Assembly: GCF_009914755.1 (NCBI RefSeq)
Contig: NC_060932.1
DNA length: 64,000 nucleotides
Origin: the human T2T-CHM13v2.0 reference genome, Homo sapiens
Strand: one strand, 5' to 3'
Part shown: piece by piece, positions 59,049 through 64,000 of the stretch
Position numbering within the stretch: position 1 is the stretch's first letter
Layout of the letters: each line of letters opens with the position of its first letter
Notes under the pieces: model-generated
Database searches by the model: none
What the model was told of the DNA's origin: nothing
Seen by the model: the letters and a program-made list of their open reading frames with translations, nothing else
Made by a program: the position numbers and the translations under genes

Positions 59049-61342
59049 AGAGAGGACACCAGTGCGTTGGCCCAGATAAACTAAGTCAAGAGGTAGTAGT
59101 GACAGAGGGAAGGGAGCCAGTGAAGACCATGTCCCTTGAATAGGGAAGGTAACAGAAAAAAAAAAAAAAAAAATTCAGCGTTCCTTCCAGGTTTCTGATT
59201 GGGTAACTAGGAGAATGGCAGGGCTGTTTATCAATAGGTGGAGTTCAGTAGTAGAATCAGAATTAAGGAGCGAGGTATTTGGCTCAAGCCTTGAGTTTGC
59301 TATGAAATTTTTGAGAGGCCTTTGGAGAGTCAGCTAATTATGGGTCTAGTTTTTGTGTACATGTTGTGAGAATAATGTGAAATATCTTTAAAGCATTATT
59401 AAATATAATTATTGTTTTCAAAAAAAATGTATAATATGTAATATGACCCCTGTAAATAACCCATAGTGAAACAAAAAATATTAAGCAGTCTTGGCTTCTG
59501 ACCCCTGTTCTTTAAATTTTCTCAAATCAGTTCAGAAGGACAAATATTTAAGAGAAAAATATGGTAAGTACAAATTTTCCTTTACATCAACAAATTCAAG
59601 AGAAATAAAATATGTACAGATCAAAATTGCAATAATACATTTGAAAATGAACATTTTCAGAGAAAATAATTTAAAATGTAATCACTAGAAACTCATTGAC
59701 ATAGATTAGCACAGAAAGTGTATAAATTCATTTTAGTAATGTGACAAGTTCAAACAGCTAGGAAGAAACAAGATGAGTCTTGAAATGTGAATAGACACAG
59801 GGCCATTCATTTCAGCCTAGTAACATAGACAGTAAAAAGACTTCACTCAATATATACAGTATTCAAGCAGATACCAGCAAATGGAATATAGTACTTCTCC
59901 TTTAAAAGGAAAAAGTAGAAACCAAGAAAATAATTTTCAAGCTATGAAACATTTATTACACAGTATTGAAAGCCGATTTTAACACCTACATTTTTTTTTA
60001 ACTTCTACTTCAGGCTTAGACCTTAAAATCATTCCGTCTCCTTTCGATAATCCTTTTAGGTATCAGACCTCAAAGTTGGTCCTGTGGTCCAACTTGCACC
60101 AGTTTTTTACAAAATCCCCCTTTATCTTCCCTTTAAATAATGGCTGCTTTTCATAAAGAAGCATTGATAATTTATTCCTAGAAGTAAAAGCATTTTCCAG
60201 CACTGCAAAGAAGGAAGACTCATTTTGTTACACTCCAATGTGCTTAAATTGATTTAAATTCCCAGCATTCTATTTAAGTCTGACCTCTGTCCAAAGCAGC
60301 CTTTATTTTTCTCATGTAAGGGGTTTCTGCAGGGGTCTGGAATGCCACCACTGAGAGAGCGTGTCAGCAGCTTTTCTAAGCAAAACACTGCCAGAAATAC
60401 AGAAAATAAACATCTTTGAAAAATAGCTGAGTTGAAGTGCTTCCAGATTCAACTCCGAATAACTAAACTCTCCTAAAGCCTGTTAAATATTATAAAAATC
60501 AGGTCATTAACTGTACTTCAGCTTGCAGATTGCAACATGACTTACAACCACTGAGAACTCAAAGACAAGGTTTACAGCAGAGCTATTGGTCCTGAAAGAG
60601 GACAACCTCCTACTGCCTTTGAGGGTGAGGAACAGGGAAGAAGCTGAGAACTCAGCATGAAAGCGCTCTCAGGGGAACATAATGTCGAATTTGGGTTGCC
60701 AGGAACTGATAAAGAGCTCAGCACCTAATTAAAGCCGCTTTGCAAACAGCTCCCAAAGCAGAATCAGTGTCTCTATTTGGAATCCACGATGGGTCTCTGG
60801 GGAGTCATCCTAAGCCAAAGTCTGAACAGAATGATAACTTGGCCTTTCGGAAAATCTTCACCCTAAAAGATGGTAACCCAAAGAGTGATGAAAATCACAA
60901 GTTCTATATTTGAGTTCCAGGACAAGGTCACATTTGTCTTATCTGAGCAAGCATATCTTGTTCAACTATCAGGCTAGGGATAAATAAAGCTTAAAAAAAT
61001 GCTCAAGCCCTAGGGAGAACATAATCAGCTTTTTGCACGGTGAATAAGAGCAGTTCAGCAGTTCATCCATGAAAACGTGCATCCTGGGCAATAATGATGC
61101 CCCGTCAATCAAGACTTCTCTGAATGTTCTTCCAAGGCTCTCAGTACCAACCAGAAGAATATTCAGTGTCTCTCTGTAAGGTGTGGATTTGCAGACATTT
61201 GTGAATATAAGGAATATCTTATTGTTTTACTATCTTTAAGTCATATTCAGACTTCTAGCTCCAAGAATCCATGCAGCCCAGATGGCAGGGAATTAATTCT
61301 CCATCCATATTTACTCTCTCACAGTTTTATTTGCCTCTAAGA

Positions 61343-61675
61343 CAGTGGTCCCCTTTTGGCACCAAGGACAAGTTTCTTAGAATACAGTTTTTCCACAGAT
61401 GGGGTGGGGTAGGGGTTTAGGATGAAACTGTTCCGCCTCATATCATCAGTCGTTAGTTAGATTCTGATAAGGAGTGTGCAACCTAGATCCCTCGCATGTG
61501 CAGTTCACTAGGAGGTTTGTGCTCCTATGAGAATCTAACGCCACCGCTGATCTGAGAGGAGGCTGAGCTCAGGCATAATGCTCGCTCACCTGCCACTCAC
61601 CTCCTGCTGTGTGACCCAGTTCCTAACAGGCCATGGACCAGTACCAGTCTGTGGCCTGAGGGTTGGGGACCCCTG
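61343..61675. mobile_element. MER1B (hAT-Charlie) DNA transposon
   Basis: cagtggtcccc...ttttggcacca...acctagatccctcgcatgtgcagttcac...ggttggggacccctg; 8-bp TSD ctctaaga/ctctaagt. Confidence 0.9.
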
Positions 61676-62139
61676 CTCTAAGTGGTACAAAAGTACTAAG
61701 TTTCCTCAGCAGAGCAAAGGATACAGGAGGGCCACACTGGTTACAGCTGAGATGCCCGGCGGTATCCTGAAAATCAGTTGATTCTGCTCATTTGGGCCAC
61801 CCCAGATAAGCAGGCTACACAACTCCCTGCAGAGCTGGGAGGCTTCTCTGCACAGGTTTCTCAGGTTCAGATGCTCTTCCAATGGCTTCTTCCAAGGTGT
61901 GCACACCAGCTCCCATACCGGTCCCTGTCTGGGGCTTCCGCTGCTCTCTGCTCTGCTCTCTCTCTCCAGAGACATTTAATCATCTCTTTATAAGCTGAGG
62001 CTTCCAGAGAAGATTGAAAGAGATTGTGTTCCAGAATTTCAGTGTTGGGCTCCCTAAGGGAATACAATGGCCCTCATTACCTTTCCCTAGCAGAGCTGAA
62101 GGGGAAGAAAAGCCAATGCAGCAAGAACAAAACGCAAAT

Positions 62140-62142
<3 letters not shown>

Positions 62143-62178
<36 letters not shown>
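62143..62178. repeat. (TC)n microsatellite
   Basis: Read directly. Confidence 0.9.
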
Positions 62179-62180
<2 letters not shown>

Positions 62181-62649
62181 TATCCCTCTTTTTTCCTCTC
62201 TCTCTCATATACACCCTTCAGTTTTTAAAATATGTTAACATTAGTTTTATTATTCCATTTAACAAATGAAAAAGCTGAGGTTCAAAAATGACAATGGTGT
62301 CATGGTGACACCATTCCCCAGTGACAATGGTGTGTGGCAGGTGAAGGAGCCATGGGGCCCAGGTCAGTCTAAATCTAAAGCCCGTGTTTCTAAAACTGCT
62401 TGTCTCAGAAGCTAAAAATGGTCATTATTCCAGAGGATGACTCGTAGGAAGGAAATCATTATTTAATAAAGAAGGAATTAGGTGCTTAGCAGGGCAACAT
62501 ATTAACAGGCAGATGCTGACAATGGCAGGAAGATAAACTGGCTACAGAGCTGTTGTTCTTTGTCATCCTTCTTTTTCCAAAGTAAGATACAGAGCACTTG
62601 AAGCCCAGGGAGAAAGCTAGGGACTAGAATTTCCATTTATTATGTGTTT

Positions 62650-63210
62650 GATTAATTATCTATTCCTGGATAATAAATTACTCCAAAACTTAGTGACTTA
62701 AAACAACAAATACGATGGTCCCACAGTTTCCGTGGGTCAGGGATCTGAGCATGATTTGGTGAGGTGCCTCTTGCGTCAACATCTCTCATGAAGCTGTGGT
62801 CAGACTATCAACTGGGCTGCCGTCATCTCAGGACTCAACTGAGACTGCAGTTTCCTAGTTCACCCCCATGGCGACTGCAGACTCAGCTCTTCATGGATGT
62901 TGGACTGAGAGCCTCAGTTGCCTTATAGGTATCTCTATTGCGCAGCTCACAACAAGGTATCTGTTTTTTGTTGTTTTTGTTTTTTCAAGTGAGTAAGAGA
63001 GAGAAGAAGAGAAAGGGAAGGAGAAAACACGATGGAAGTCACAGTCTTCTTATAACTTACTCTTGGAAATATCCCATGATTTTTGCTGTGTGTTATTCCC
63101 TAGAAGAAATTTTCTAGACACAACCCATATGCAAGGGGAGGGGATTACACAAGGGATAGAATACCAGGAGGAAGGAATCACTGGTGACATCTTAGAGGTT
63201 GCCTACTACA
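62650..63210 (-). mobile_element. MaLR LTR (MLT1F-like)
   Basis: aaattactccaaaacttagtgacttaaaacaaca...gtgggtcagggatctgagc...aaggggaggggattacacaaggg...ggttgcctactaca. Confidence 0.8.
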
Positions 63211-63239
63211 TGCATTTATGTTGATGAGATTGATTACTG

Positions 63240-63475
63240 GGATGAGCAGTCAGACTACTTGAGTTCACATCTTAGCTTTATTATTTGCTAGTTATGGGAT
63301 CTCCCGCAAGTTACTGTTCTTTGTTCCTCAGTTCCCTCATCTGTAAAATGAAACTATTAATATTAAATGTATTTGTTCTCAAGGACTTAATGTGGATTAA
63401 ATTACTAATAAATGATTAAAAAACTAGAATAGTGCCAGGCATGTGGTAGGCATTCCATGAATGTTAGCTAGCATT
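63240..63475 (+). mobile_element. MIR element
   Basis: cctcagttccctcatctgtaaaatg...tagaatagtgccaggcatgtggtagg. Confidence 0.75.
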
Positions 63476-64000
63476 GTAGTAATAATTCTGTCAGATATGA
63501 AATATCTTGTCTAGCTTATAGTGTACATTCAAAAGAGAAGGCTTTTATACTTAGCTTATGAAAATAATGTGGCATAAATGAAGTGGTCACAAAGGCAGCC
63601 AAAGCTACAACAATTCTTGGAAAAACTAGAAAACTTTTCTTATGTTGGCACTGAGCATTTTTCTGGACATAGTAGATACTATGGTATAAGGAAGTACTTC
63701 ATTACAGTATCACTTTCATATCTATTTCATTTCCCGATTTCATCAATATCCTACTGCCCAAATGAGAATATTTGCTGCCCACTGAGGAATTAATTATGGG
63801 CTTATTTGGCTAATGTTGCTTTGCCAATTGACTCTCTGGTGTCAAGCTTTCCTCAGCCTGCTTTCATTGTAGAACCCACCAGCTGTATACACACAGACCC
63901 ACCCACAGACATACAGAGATAGAGGCTCAAGCTCACACAGAAATAGAGATTCAGACACACTTCCTGGATATAAATCTTAATTATACTTGAAAACTTACGA

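Overview
AT-rich, non-coding primate (very likely human) genomic DNA, intronic or intergenic. No protein-coding gene, RNA gene or CpG island can be supported; the listed ORFs are chance ORFs or Alu/L1/LTR-derived. Much of the window is interspersed repeats: about 10 Alu/monomer copies, a near full-length old L1 (44.7-52.8 kb) with nested insertions, other L1 fragments, a solo ERV1 LTR, several MaLR LTRs, Tigger4/MER1B/MER5 DNA transposons, MIR and L2 relics. Subfamily names are from my recall of consensus sequences and need RepeatMasker confirmation. I see no new gene system. The most unusual signal is a set of locally templated duplications: a perfect 89-bp inverted repeat (58715-59037), a ~295-bp ~96% identical inverted copy of an L1 5'UTR piece (43207-43500 vs 44852-45146), a ~145-bp old direct duplicate (57354/58363) and a perfect 49-bp tandem duplication (28316-28414). 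Two co-oriented CTCF-like motifs and a candidate 23-nt microexon are also noted.
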